The notes beneath the pieces are model-generated. The model was not told the DNA's origin. It did no database searches and saw only the letters and a program-made list of their open reading frames with translations. Positions 1 to 8,415 of a stretch of 32,000 nucleotides of DNA are shown piece by piece (positions within the stretch are counted from its first letter, which is position 1; each line of letters opens with the position of its first letter). The stretch lies in NCBI GenBank assembly GCA_032249095.1, contig JAVVGN010000003.1, forward strand, positions 11,543 through 43,542. Direction: 5' to 3'. The translations under genes were made by a program, and so were the position numbers. The stretch comes from Candidatus Caldarchaeales archaeon. Its GTDB lineage: Archaea > Thermoproteota > Nitrososphaeria_A > Caldarchaeales > Calditenuaceae.

Positions 1-32
1 TCAATCCGCTCCCTAATTTCTTCTTTTGTCAT
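1..32 (-). CDS. 5' end of a hypothetical protein gene that runs off the left edge (MTKEEIRERI...)
   Basis: ATG at 32..30 on the minus strand, preceded by GGGAGTGA (rc of 40..47). Only 10 codons are visible. Confidence 0.3.
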   Translation of the reverse strand, partial: MTKEEIRERI

Positions 33-91
33 TTCCGTCACTCCCTTTCTCAGCGTTTTAGGCGGCTATCTATATTTTATCCTCAATCGGG

Positions 92-100
92 TTTAAAATT
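92..100 (+). promoter_or_regulatory. TAAAAT promoter-like box upstream of the 120..494 operon
   Basis: TAAAAT at 94..99, 20 nt before ATG 120, with GGAGGTGA (107..114) in between. It belongs to the recurring box family described in the findings. Confidence 0.4.
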
Positions 101-119
101 TTGGGTGGAGGTGACATAA

Positions 120-494
120 ATGTTGCCAGCATACAAGTGCTCAAAGTGCGGCTCAGTTTTTGTCGAATGGACTGTCGGTGAAGAGCACGGCACGCCGTGG
201 TTCTTCGTCCATAGCGCTATGAGAGGGGAGCGCCAGTCGTCTCTGCGGGCGAACCTTATTTGCCCCGCTTGCGGGCACAACAACGGATTGGTCGTCTGGC
301 TGGCGGGCAGTCCACTCGCGGTTCTCAACTTCGAGGTTACCGCTACCATTCTTCCCGTTACCGAGTTAACAGTGGAGCAGGCTCAAGTTGTCGACGAAGT
401 TGTAAGGCGCGTCCGAGAAATGTATCCTGAGGAGACGGTGGTCACTTTTGCAGAAGTTAAGCAGGAAAGCGAGGGCGAGGAAGTGAATGAGTGA
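120..494 (+). CDS. zinc-ribbon protein (two CxxC pairs), function unknown
   Basis: ATG 120 lies 5 nt after GGAGGTGA. Contains CSKCG ... CPACG. Its stop overlaps the next start (ATGAGTGA). Confidence 0.6.
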   Translation: MLPAYKCSKCGSVFVEWTVGEEHGTPWFFVHSAMRGERQSSLRANLICPACGHNNGLVVWLAGSPLAVLNFEVTATILPVTELTVEQAQVVDEVVRRVREMYPEETVVTFAEVKQESEGEEVNE

Positions 495-1059
495 AGCGCC
501 GAGGACGGTAGAAGAAATTCTGCGGAAGTTGACCGACGTGTTGCGGGCGGATATTTTTTCCGAGAACCCTCAGCCTCCCCCGCCCGGCGAAGTCATTACT
601 TTGTATGACGACGATGCTTACTGGACAGTTCTACCAAGCTTCTTTTATTGGTTACCGAGAGGTCGGCGCGCTGCGAGCCAAGAAGCGCTCAGGCAGATTA
701 GAGAGAAGGCGGAATTTTTCCCGCATGTGGGCGTGACGGGGCGCTCACGCTGGGTGGACTTTGCTATTGGCGGGGCTATGATGCAATACATAGATTTCCG
801 CATTTTCATAATCGTCGCCGCCCCGCCAGCGGTAGACGTTGTGGAAAGGATTAACAACACCTTGGCATGGTTCTCAATGATTATCTTGAACCGACACAAT
901 GTCCCGCCCTACTGGTGGTTCACGGAGGTTCGTGAAATTGAGCCGCTCTTCAGGACACAGATTTTCCCGCAGTGGACTTTCGGCTACTTAGGCGGGACGC
1001 TTAGGTGTCACCCGCAAGTTCTACCATTCCTTTGGGAGCAGGTGGCTCCGCAGCCATGA
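487..1059 (+). CDS. hypothetical protein
   Basis: 190-aa ORF coupled at both ends: an 8-nt overlap upstream and an ATGA overlap with the next gene at 1056..1059. Confidence 0.55.
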   Translation: MSEAPRTVEEILRKLTDVLRADIFSENPQPPPPGEVITLYDDDAYWTVLPSFFYWLPRGRRAASQEALRQIREKAEFFPHVGVTGRSRWVDFAIGGAMMQYIDFRIFIIVAAPPAVDVVERINNTLAWFSMIILNRHNVPPYWWFTEVREIEPLFRTQIFPQWTFGYLGGTLRCHPQVLPFLWEQVAPQP

Positions 1060-1925
1060 AGATTAAAGAAGTAATTTACGAGATTTTGCGGGGCAATTTC
1101 GATTACCCCAGCGACGAGGAGTTGGACGAGCTCGCTTACCAAATGCGCGATTTAATCATTTCCCTGCGCCTAATGCCGGCAGAAGTTAGGTCTTCCGTTC
1201 TTCGTCGCATTTTCTGGGTCAGCAAAATTCTCCAAACCTTCCTCATTTTGAGCGCTACGGAGGAGAAAGAACTACCTATAGAGCCTCTCCGCCACATTTT
1301 TCGCTACTTTGCGTCATTTATCAAGTTGCCCGATATGGACTTTTTCCGCAAAACTGTTGTCGACCCGCAGGCTAAGAATATTGGAGTGCTTTACCATTAC
1401 CACCAGCCGCCCACTTCTTACCGCCCCTATCTTCCCTTCCTCAAATTTCAAGAAGTTTCTCGCAAGCACTTTTTGAAGACGCTACCGATTAGGCAGAAGA
1501 GACTCGCTAACAGGCTAAGACCGCCCGCCGAAAAGCGGGCTACCCAAGCCCAAGTCTACTCTTCGCTGGTTAACCCATCGCTTTACATTGTCATGAACAA
1601 GAGCGCTCTGGGGCGGGGCAGCAGCATTGCTGAGGCAGCCGAGGATTTCGTGCGTCGCTGGCGTCTCCTCGTCAGCGCTGATATCCCCTCTCGCCTTCCT
1701 ATCCAGAAATACATTGAAGAATTCAAACTTGAGCCTTGTGGCATAATATCGGTGGTGGAGTATGAAGACGGTCAAGTTCGCTGGAACTTCGAGCCCCTCG
1801 GAGGTGACCTTACTAATGAACGAAGAGAAGACTTTGGGTCAGCGGGCGGAGAACTTACGCAGGCAAGCGATAGCTCTCCTCCTTCTGGAGGAGATAGAGG
1901 GGAAGAAAGTGGAGAAAGAACTTGA
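1056..1925 (+). CDS. hypothetical protein
   Basis: ATG 1056 overlaps the upstream TGA (ATGA). The track ORF begins at 1005, but the coupled ATG is more plausible. The last ~36 codons overlap the next gene in another frame and look low-complexity. Confidence 0.5.
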   Translation: MKIKEVIYEILRGNFDYPSDEELDELAYQMRDLIISLRLMPAEVRSSVLRRIFWVSKILQTFLILSATEEKELPIEPLRHIFRYFASFIKLPDMDFFRKTVVDPQAKNIGVLYHYHQPPTSYRPYLPFLKFQEVSRKHFLKTLPIRQKRLANRLRPPAEKRATQAQVYSSLVNPSLYIVMNKSALGRGSSIAEAAEDFVRRWRLLVSADIPSRLPIQKYIEEFKLEPCGIISVVEYEDGQVRWNFEPLGGDLTNERREDFGSAGGELTQASDSSPPSGGDRGEESGERT

Positions 1926-2049
1926 CCCAAAAGTCCGCCAGATAGCCCGAGAAATCGCTGCTGAGCTGGAGGGGCTAAGTGTTGAGGAGAAAATAAATAG
2001 GCTATTCGATTTGCTTCTTTTGGAAACCGAGGTGGGAGGAAATTGGTGA
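1816..2049 (+). CDS. small helical hypothetical protein (77 aa)
   Basis: ATG 1816 lies 9 nt after GGAGGTGA (1799..1806). The product looks like an amphipathic helix. Its stop forms a GTGA overlap with the next gene. Confidence 0.5.
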   Translation: MNEEKTLGQRAENLRRQAIALLLLEEIEGKKVEKELDPKVRQIAREIAAELEGLSVEEKINRLFDLLLLETEVGGNW

Positions 2050-2564
2050 GGCGGAAACGCAACCCGTCCAGCTATGAGGTTGCCCAACACGTTCGGATTT
2101 TGCCCCTCGCCAAAGTGAAGGCGGAGAAAATTATTGCCCTTGACCCCGGCGAATTATTTACTGGCGTTGCTGTCTGGAACATACCTATGGGTAAAAAGGA
2201 AACGTTTACATTGCGGGCGGAGAATTTTGACGAAATGCTCCACAAAGTTTTGGACTTTCTGCGGGCGGAGGTCACCGACAGAACTTACATTATCTGCGAA
2301 ATGACCTTTATCCAGCACCCGTCGGCGACTTTCGTCTGGCAGATTATCGGGGCGATTAGATACTTTTACCGCCAGCAACTTTGCGCTGTGCCCCCGTCAC
2401 AGGCGAACAAGGGAGCTTACGGATATGGTAAGCCTAAATTATCAGAAAAGAAGAAGGTTCTGAGGGAACGGGGTTGGGTAGGACTAAAAAGCGACCACGA
2501 GGTCGCAGCAGCAACTCTGGCGGAGTTCTTCCATACCAAGTTCGTGGCGAGTATCTTTGTTTAA
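2046..2564 (+). CDS. RuvC-like Holliday junction resolvase (RNase H fold)
   Basis: Motifs IIALDPGELFTGVAV (Asp), YIICEMTF (Glu) and KSDHEVAAATLAEF occur in the order and spacing typical of RuvC-type and phage resolvases. GTG 2046 lies 6 nt after GGAGG; TTG 2043 is an alternative start. Confidence 0.55.
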   Translation: MRRKRNPSSYEVAQHVRILPLAKVKAEKIIALDPGELFTGVAVWNIPMGKKETFTLRAENFDEMLHKVLDFLRAEVTDRTYIICEMTFIQHPSATFVWQIIGAIRYFYRQQLCAVPPSQANKGAYGYGKPKLSEKKKVLRERGWVGLKSDHEVAAATLAEFFHTKFVASIFV

Positions 2565-5335
2565 CCGCTGATTTGAATTTCTTCCTCTTCCTCTACCGAA
2601 ATTTCTACTTCTTCTCCATGCACATTCACTTCTAAGGGCTCAATGATAACATAGTTCCAACCCGTAAATTGCCTTATTTCCTCCGACGCAATGAGGCTTG
2701 TTTCTTCTGTGACCGAAATGATAGGCTGCGCGATGGGAGTATCAGTTACTGTAACCGCGTAGCTCTCGCTTACGGAGGTGCTAACCCCTGTTGTTATAGT
2801 TTCAGCAGTGGTAATATTGGTGTCTTCTTGTGCCATTATGGTAGCCTGAGGTGAAACCTGCTCAGTAATAGTAGGTTGAATAGTTTCAGAAACTGTTGCT
2901 CCTACCGAAGTGGAGGGTGCACTTGCCAGGGTCACATTCGTTGCGTCGCTGACGCTCACTTGAGCAGCGGCGCTCGCGGTTTCTTGGAAAGTAACCCCCA
3001 TCGTATCGGCGGAGGAAATTCCAATTTGTGCTGCTGCTTGGTCGCTCAGCGTGGAGGCGATAGTCTCAGAAGCGGAAACTTGAGCAGTTTCAGCGACACT
3101 CTCGGTGACAGTAGGAGATATTGCGTCGCTTACTGCTACCGAGTAAGTGGACGAAATAACGGCGCTATCGCTAAGGCTCGGCTGGATATTTTCGGTAGTG
3201 CTAACTTGGGTGGGCATAGAAGCGGTTTCTTGTAATGTCGGGGCAATTTGTTCTGAAATGGACAGGCTGTAGGAGGACGGGGCGGAGATATTTTCTTGTA
3301 ATGTCGGGGCAATATTTTCCGATACTGAAACTTGCGGTGTTGTGGTAACTTGCTCGGTTAAGGTCGCATTAATTGTCTCTTGTGTGCTTATCGTTGCTTG
3401 CTCGGTAATGTTTTCAGTTAAGGTTGGGCTCACATTATCGGCGACGCTAATATCGTAAATGTTCCCAGCGAAGACGTCCTCAGCGAGCGTGGGCGCAATG
3501 CTATCCGTCGCAGCGATACTTGCCTGCTCGCTGACTGTCTCGCTTAAGGTTGCAGCAACCCCGTCGCTAACTTCCAAGTTGTAAATGTTGCCTGCCGTAA
3601 CATTCTCTTGCAAAGTCGGGGTTATAGTTTCGGTCGCAGCGACTTGGGCTGAAACTTGCCCGCTATCTTGCAGTGTCGGGGCAATTGTGTCCGAAGCACT
3701 TAAGGTAGCACTTACCGACGGGGCTTCTTGAATTGTCGGGCTAATGGCTTCGGTTTGAGAAATTTGAACTTGCGCCCCGCCGCTATCTTGCAATGTCGGA
3801 GTAATGCTCTCGGTTGCGGTGATTTGCCCAGTAATTGCACTACTATCGCTTAAAGTCGGGGTTACTTGGTCGGAGATACCAATTTCGTAAACATTCCCAG
3901 CAGTCACATTCTCACTTAATGTCGGAGTAATGCTCTCGGTTGCCGAGACTTGGGCGCTCGCTTGGGCGCTATCGCTCAAGGTTGGAGCGAGGTTCTCAGA
4001 AACGGCAAGGCTGTGGGTTAAATTGGTGCTATCCTGCAAGGTCGGAGCGACGCTTTCGCTCATGGAAACCTGCGCCGACATCGCCCCGCTATCGCTTAAA
4101 GTCGTTGCTATACTATCCGTAGCCGAAGCATTTATTTGGGTGCTCACGCTGTCGCTCAAGGTCGGGCTAAGGCTATCGCTTAAACTAATAGGCGCACTTA
4201 AGGTTGCTTGGTCGGAAAGGGTTGCGGAAATCCCGTCGGAAAGGCTGAGTGAGTTGTTAAGAGAAGCACTATCACTTAGGTTTGGAGTGACACTATCGGA
4301 AACATTGACATTGTAAGTTTGTCCCCCTCCTCCTCCCACTCCAGTCGCTCGCCAGATATTAAATCCCTCAATGATAGCAGCCTGTGTCGCCTGGTTAAAA
4401 TTGGCTTCTACCCTTATTACCCAGTTTCCCCGATAAGGCGGCGACCAAGTAATATTAAACTCCCCTATTTGGCTAATTGACTGAATGAGTGTAGCCCCTT
4501 CCACATATCCAAAGGGATATGCGTAAAAGGAAATTGTATCCCCGGCTGCCAATTGTGTGACATTTCCCTTAATGAGAAGCACTAAGTTAGAAATTCCCGT
4601 TGCGAAATCGCAAAAAATTTTTCCAACTTGCTGTGGGACAAAAACGAGCTTGTCGTAAGTTGGCGGGGTATTAGTGACATACCCGGCCCTGTATTCCCGT
4701 CGAAACGTGACCGAAGGAAATGCTGCCCCCATGTTGGAGTCAAGTATTGCACCTAAGGCGCTATAAAAGTAAGTGCTCCAACGAGGTTTCTTCAAAGGAA
4801 GTTCATAAGCGTCTCTATCCACTTGAAGGTTATCAATTATGATTGGTATAGAAGTTTGGTTAAGTGTAGCGGTAATTCTTGCCTGCCATTCAACTTTTCT
4901 GTCGGGAAGCGAAACTTGAATAGAGAACGGACCCGTCGCACTTATCGTCTGCGAAAAAATCGGGCTCTGAGATAGCCCTCGCTTGAAAACAGAAATTGAA
5001 ATACTATCGCCTGTCGCCATTTGGGTAATATTCCCGTGTATGGTAAGTGACGAAGTATTAGCCCCAACCCACAAATCCTGACACATTATCCCCGTAGTGA
5101 AAGGAATGAACCTTAAGGACACACTGTCGTCTGTTCGGACAGAGCGCACTATGCCGCTGGCAAATGGAATATAGAAAGTAGCAGGAAAGGCACCAAAGGT
5201 ATTCGCTGGCTGCTCGCCCCGAATTGCGAAGAGAAATCCGCCAACACGCATGGGCTTCGGCCTTATATCAAATGTTACCTCATAATAACTCAAATTTTCC
5301 ATTTTCTTGGCTATAGAGTGGTCAATGAAAATCAC
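2561..5335 (-). CDS. fibre-like virion protein with a duplicated N-terminal beta-rich domain, a GGGGG linker, a long Ser/Thr-rich repeat shaft and an acidic C-terminus
   Basis: 924-aa ORF. GTG 5335 lies 6 nt after GAGGTGA. It is the last gene of the minus-strand operon. The repeat architecture is described in the next feature. Confidence 0.7.
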   Translation of the reverse strand: MIFIDHSIAKKMENLSYYEVTFDIRPKPMRVGGFLFAIRGEQPANTFGAFPATFYIPFASGIVRSVRTDDSVSLRFIPFTTGIMCQDLWVGANTSSLTIHGNITQMATGDSISISVFKRGLSQSPIFSQTISATGPFSIQVSLPDRKVEWQARITATLNQTSIPIIIDNLQVDRDAYELPLKKPRWSTYFYSALGAILDSNMGAAFPSVTFRREYRAGYVTNTPPTYDKLVFVPQQVGKIFCDFATGISNLVLLIKGNVTQLAAGDTISFYAYPFGYVEGATLIQSISQIGEFNITWSPPYRGNWVIRVEANFNQATQAAIIEGFNIWRATGVGGGGGQTYNVNVSDSVTPNLSDSASLNNSLSLSDGISATLSDQATLSAPISLSDSLSPTLSDSVSTQINASATDSIATTLSDSGAMSAQVSMSESVAPTLQDSTNLTHSLAVSENLAPTLSDSAQASAQVSATESITPTLSENVTAGNVYEIGISDQVTPTLSDSSAITGQITATESITPTLQDSGGAQVQISQTEAISPTIQEAPSVSATLSASDTIAPTLQDSGQVSAQVAATETITPTLQENVTAGNIYNLEVSDGVAATLSETVSEQASIAATDSIAPTLAEDVFAGNIYDISVADNVSPTLTENITEQATISTQETINATLTEQVTTTPQVSVSENIAPTLQENISAPSSYSLSISEQIAPTLQETASMPTQVSTTENIQPSLSDSAVISSTYSVAVSDAISPTVTESVAETAQVSASETIASTLSDQAAAQIGISSADTMGVTFQETASAAAQVSVSDATNVTLASAPSTSVGATVSETIQPTITEQVSPQATIMAQEDTNITTAETITTGVSTSVSESYAVTVTDTPIAQPIISVTEETSLIASEEIRQFTGWNYVIIEPLEVNVHGEEVEISVEEEEEIQISG
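2700..4327 (-). repeat. in-frame tandem coding repeats, about 27 units of 57-66 nt (19-22 aa)
   Basis: The peptide unit recurs as S-x-[ST]-[DE]-x-[IV]-x-P-T-L-x-[DE]-[ST] plus about 7 variable residues. At DNA level, (a/g)tgtcgg(g/a)g recurs at 3235, 3301, 3614, 3674, 3734, 3794, 3853 and 3919. Confidence 0.85.
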
Positions 5336-5352
5336 TCAAGCTCACCTCGTCC

Positions 5353-6216
5353 CTAAGCAACTCGCGCCCAAATTTGACCGTATCCTCTCTCGGGTGCCGC
5401 TATAATAGGAACCCAAATTTCGTTTCCGATTCTTACATAAACGCCCATTGGTGTTGTAGAAGAAGAAGTGAAGTAAGCGTAAGGAATGATACCGTGCCCA
5501 TGTAAATAGAGAGGAAGAAGAATGGGCGGCAAATCAGGGTGCCCCACATACGCCGCCGGAAGGAAGCCACCTGGGGGTTGGAAGTTACTCCACCAATTAG
5601 TTCCAGTATGAGTAGCAAGGGCAACAAAGACGGTCCTGAACCCCCCGTGAATTAAGAAGTTTGTGCCACCGCCCGCGTCTATCATACTTCCTGCAGTATT
5701 GTAAGGCGAAGCAACGAATAAGGCTTTATAAGGTGGGGCGGAGGGGATACCAGCAGGTGGTAAAGCTTGCCCTGCTATAGTTTTGTGGGATGACCCACTA
5801 TAAGGTGGACCACCAGTATTATTGGTTTCCAGTAAAGCGAACCAATATTCGTTAGCATAAAGCCAATAATAAAGCCCACTCTGGTAGGAATAGGATAGGC
5901 GAAGATATGAGCCATTGAAAGCATCCGGGCAGTTGGGCCCAACAGGGACATTGTTTTGACTATCCCAGCTACTCCACATTTTCAAGTCCACATGTTGGGT
6001 GCCCGCCAAGTTCCTAAGCTCAAGAACGGCTTTCCCTGCCTCTGAATTGTCGGGCATAGTGTAAGGAGCAGTTTGCAAGAACTTAAAAGCATTGCCGCTC
6101 GCGTCAGTATACTCCCTAAGCAATGTCCAGCCAGCGGAAACGAGGCAGTCTCTGATTACGTTCATTAAGTCTAGTCCCGTCGCAGGGCGACCTATGAATT
6201 GGTAGACAAAAGCCAT
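5353..6216 (-). CDS. paralogue 1 of a tandem triplicated ~290-aa W/Y-rich protein (candidate receptor-binding or baseplate protein)
   Basis: ATG 6216 (MAFVYQFIGRP) aligns with the starts of the two neighbours and lies 9 nt after AGGAGGTG. Paralogy runs the full length. Confidence 0.65.
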   Translation of the reverse strand: MAFVYQFIGRPATGLDLMNVIRDCLVSAGWTLLREYTDASGNAFKFLQTAPYTMPDNSEAGKAVLELRNLAGTQHVDLKMWSSWDSQNNVPVGPNCPDAFNGSYLRLSYSYQSGLYYWLYANEYWFALLETNNTGGPPYSGSSHKTIAGQALPPAGIPSAPPYKALFVASPYNTAGSMIDAGGGTNFLIHGGFRTVFVALATHTGTNWWSNFQPPGGFLPAAYVGHPDLPPILLPLYLHGHGIIPYAYFTSSSTTPMGVYVRIGNEIWVPIIAAPERGYGQIWARVA

Positions 6217-6234
6217 GCTATTGAACACCTCCTA

Positions 6235-7113
6235 CTACTGAATTCGTGCCAAAATCATACCTACTCCTCCCCACTCAACACTGCTGCTACCTTGTATGAT
6301 AGGAACCCATATTTCGCTTCCAATAGGAATTTGCGCCCCCAAACCAAAAGACTGATTGCCTGTTATCCGTGCATACTTGATCTCCCCCGCCCGCCACAAG
6401 AGCAGCGGGTAGGTAAGGACAGGAAGGTCGGGGTGACCAATGTAAAGGGGCGGAATTCTCCGCCCATCGTCATACCTCAACCAATTCCACCAAAAGATTG
6501 CACCGCTGCTGGGGTTTATGGCAATAATGACATTTTGGTATCCATTGTGGATAATACGACGAAGCCCATATCCTCCGTCAATTAAGCTTCCTCTAGTGTT
6601 ATATGGAGCTGCCACAAATAATGCCTTGTATGGCGGTGCTGTAGATATCCCTTGAGGCGGTAGTGCTATCCCTGCAATGGTGTGATACATGGCATCCGCG
6701 GTGGGGGCTGCCCCCGCACTTGAGGCTAATAATGCAAACCAATATTCGTTGGCGTAAAGCCAGTAGGAAACTCCGCTTTGGTAAGAGTAAGCCAACCGCA
6801 AGTATGAGCCGTTGTCGTCGTTCGGGCAGTTGGGCGCCACTGGCGAATTCGTGGCGCTATCCCAACTTGTCCACATTCTTATGTCGACATGGCTGGTAGT
6901 TGCGGGGTTCCTCAATTCAAGCACAGCTGACCCTGCGTTGCTATTGTCGGGCATAGTGTAAGGAGCAGTTTGCAAGAACTTAAAAGCATTGCCGCTCGCG
7001 TCAGTATACTCCCTAAGCAATGTCCAGCCGACGCTCACAAGGTTATCTCTTATTGTATTCATTAGGTCTAACGCTGTCGCCGGTCTGCCTATGTATTTGT
7101 AAGTGAACCCCAC
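6235..7113 (-). CDS. paralogue 2 of the tandem triplicated protein
   Basis: GTG 7113 lies 7 nt after AAGGAGGTGA. It starts MGFTYKYIGRPATALDLMN and shares an 87-nt block with paralogue 1 that is identical at every position. Confidence 0.65.
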   Translation of the reverse strand: MGFTYKYIGRPATALDLMNTIRDNLVSVGWTLLREYTDASGNAFKFLQTAPYTMPDNSNAGSAVLELRNPATTSHVDIRMWTSWDSATNSPVAPNCPNDDNGSYLRLAYSYQSGVSYWLYANEYWFALLASSAGAAPTADAMYHTIAGIALPPQGISTAPPYKALFVAAPYNTRGSLIDGGYGLRRIIHNGYQNVIIAINPSSGAIFWWNWLRYDDGRRIPPLYIGHPDLPVLTYPLLLWRAGEIKYARITGNQSFGLGAQIPIGSEIWVPIIQGSSSVEWGGVGMILARIQ

Positions 7114-7128
7114 CTGTAAGTCACCTCC

Positions 7129-8004
7129 TTAAGCGATACGCACCCAGATTTGCCCATTTCCTCCATCAGCGCCGTCAAATATGTTGACCCAAGTTTGTGT
7201 GCCTATAACCTTTTGTGTGCCCAAAGGGAAGGAAAGGTTGCCTGTAATTCTTGCATAGGGGATAAGCCCGACTGTATTAAGGAAAAGTGGGAAAAGAAAA
7301 GGCGGCAAGTCAGGGTGTCCTTCATACCTAATTGGAGTTATTCTTTCTTCCGTAAAGTTTTTCCATTGCGTCCAGAAGTTTCTACCTGTCATAGGATTGA
7401 GAGATATATAAGCCCAATAATCTCTATAGTCTATTAAGTGTCTTGTTCCTTCGTTGTTGGAGTTCGGTATCCATGCTCCCGTTGGGAGGTAAGGCGAGGC
7501 GACGAAAAGAGATTTGAATGGCGGCGCGGTAGGAACATTCGCTGGGGGGAGCGCTACCCCCGCTAAGGTTTTATATAAGCTGTCGCTTTTCGGTGCACCT
7601 GTGGAAGAGTTATGCTCAACCAAAGCAAACCAAAATTCATTAGCGTAGAGCCAATAGTTGATAGTTGTAATAACGCCATATGCTGTCCTTAAGTAGGAGT
7701 AGTTAAATTCGTCTGGGCAAGAAGGAGGTAAGGGTTGATTTTGAGTGGCGTCCCATCCGTTCCACATTTTCAGGTCTAAGTGGTTAGTCCCCGCAGGGTT
7801 TCTCAGCTCTAAGACGGCTGCCCCCGCCTCGGTATTGTCAGGCATAGGGTAAGAAGCAGATCGCAAGAACTTGTAGTTGCTACCATCCGTAGCAGTGCCC
7901 TCCGCAAGTAAAGTCCAACCCGCCACAACCAGTCTATTCCTTATCACATTCATTAGGTCAAGCGCAGTAGAGGGACGACCTATCAGCTCGTAAACAAACC
8001 CCAC
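7129..8004 (-). CDS. paralogue 3 of the tandem triplicated protein
   Basis: GTG 8004 lies 7 nt after AAGGAGGTGA and overlaps the upstream TAG by 1 nt. It starts MGFVYELIGRPSTALDLMN. Confidence 0.65.
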   Translation of the reverse strand: MGFVYELIGRPSTALDLMNVIRNRLVVAGWTLLAEGTATDGSNYKFLRSASYPMPDNTEAGAAVLELRNPAGTNHLDLKMWNGWDATQNQPLPPSCPDEFNYSYLRTAYGVITTINYWLYANEFWFALVEHNSSTGAPKSDSLYKTLAGVALPPANVPTAPPFKSLFVASPYLPTGAWIPNSNNEGTRHLIDYRDYWAYISLNPMTGRNFWTQWKNFTEERITPIRYEGHPDLPPFLFPLFLNTVGLIPYARITGNLSFPLGTQKVIGTQTWVNIFDGADGGNGQIWVRIA

Positions 8005-8387
8005 TAAATCTCACCTCCTTTGCTCAGCTCATCCACCACAACCTCGTGGATATCCGCTTTTAAGGTTAGTAGGTCGCTTTGACGACCTTGCTCTAATGCA
8101 GCGCGAATTTGCGTCAAAAGGGCATCTTTCTGAGGATGCTTGCTTAGCGCTTGCTCCACTCGGTTCAACCACGAGATAGTATCCTTCATTACCTTCTTGC
8201 ACTTCTGAGCCCATTGGTAGAGGCGTTGCTTATTCGTCTCCTTCCTGAGGACAGTGGAGAGCAATTCAATTTTAGAGCCCAAGTCTGTCCACCAAGCGTC
8301 CTTCTCTTGGTCTATGGTTCCTTTTTCGTTGGCATTCATAATGTAGTTATACAGATTTAGGACAAGCTCCACCTCGTCTCTTGTCAT
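8004..8387 (-). CDS. helical hypothetical protein
   Basis: 127-aa ORF. ATG 8387 lies after AAGGGGGGAG. It sits directly upstream of the paralogue array. Confidence 0.55.
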   Translation of the reverse strand: MTRDEVELVLNLYNYIMNANEKGTIDQEKDAWWTDLGSKIELLSTVLRKETNKQRLYQWAQKCKKVMKDTISWLNRVEQALSKHPQKDALLTQIRAALEQGRQSDLLTLKADIHEVVVDELSKGGEI

Positions 8388-8415
8388 TTTAATACTCCCC
8401 CCTTAATTCCTACCG

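Noticed and set aside
83-349. Minus-strand ORFs overlapping the first plus-strand genes (83..349, 645..899, 1515..1775, 1772..2062, 1839..2090).
   Set aside because: They have no SD, they overlap better-supported and translationally coupled plus-strand genes, and their composition is not protein-like.
2700-4327. Regular ~60-nt periodicity that could superficially suggest a CRISPR-like or satellite array.
   Set aside because: The periodicity is in frame within one long ORF. The units are degenerate at DNA level but conserved at peptide level, and there is no alternation of an invariant repeat with unique spacers. It is a protein repeat.
6046-7029. Possibility that the 87-nt identical tracts are the template and variable repeats of a diversity-generating retroelement.
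   Set aside because: The two copies are 100% identical, with no adenine-specific mismatches. They lie in the conserved N-terminal third rather than a C-terminal variable region. No reverse transcriptase gene is visible in the window.
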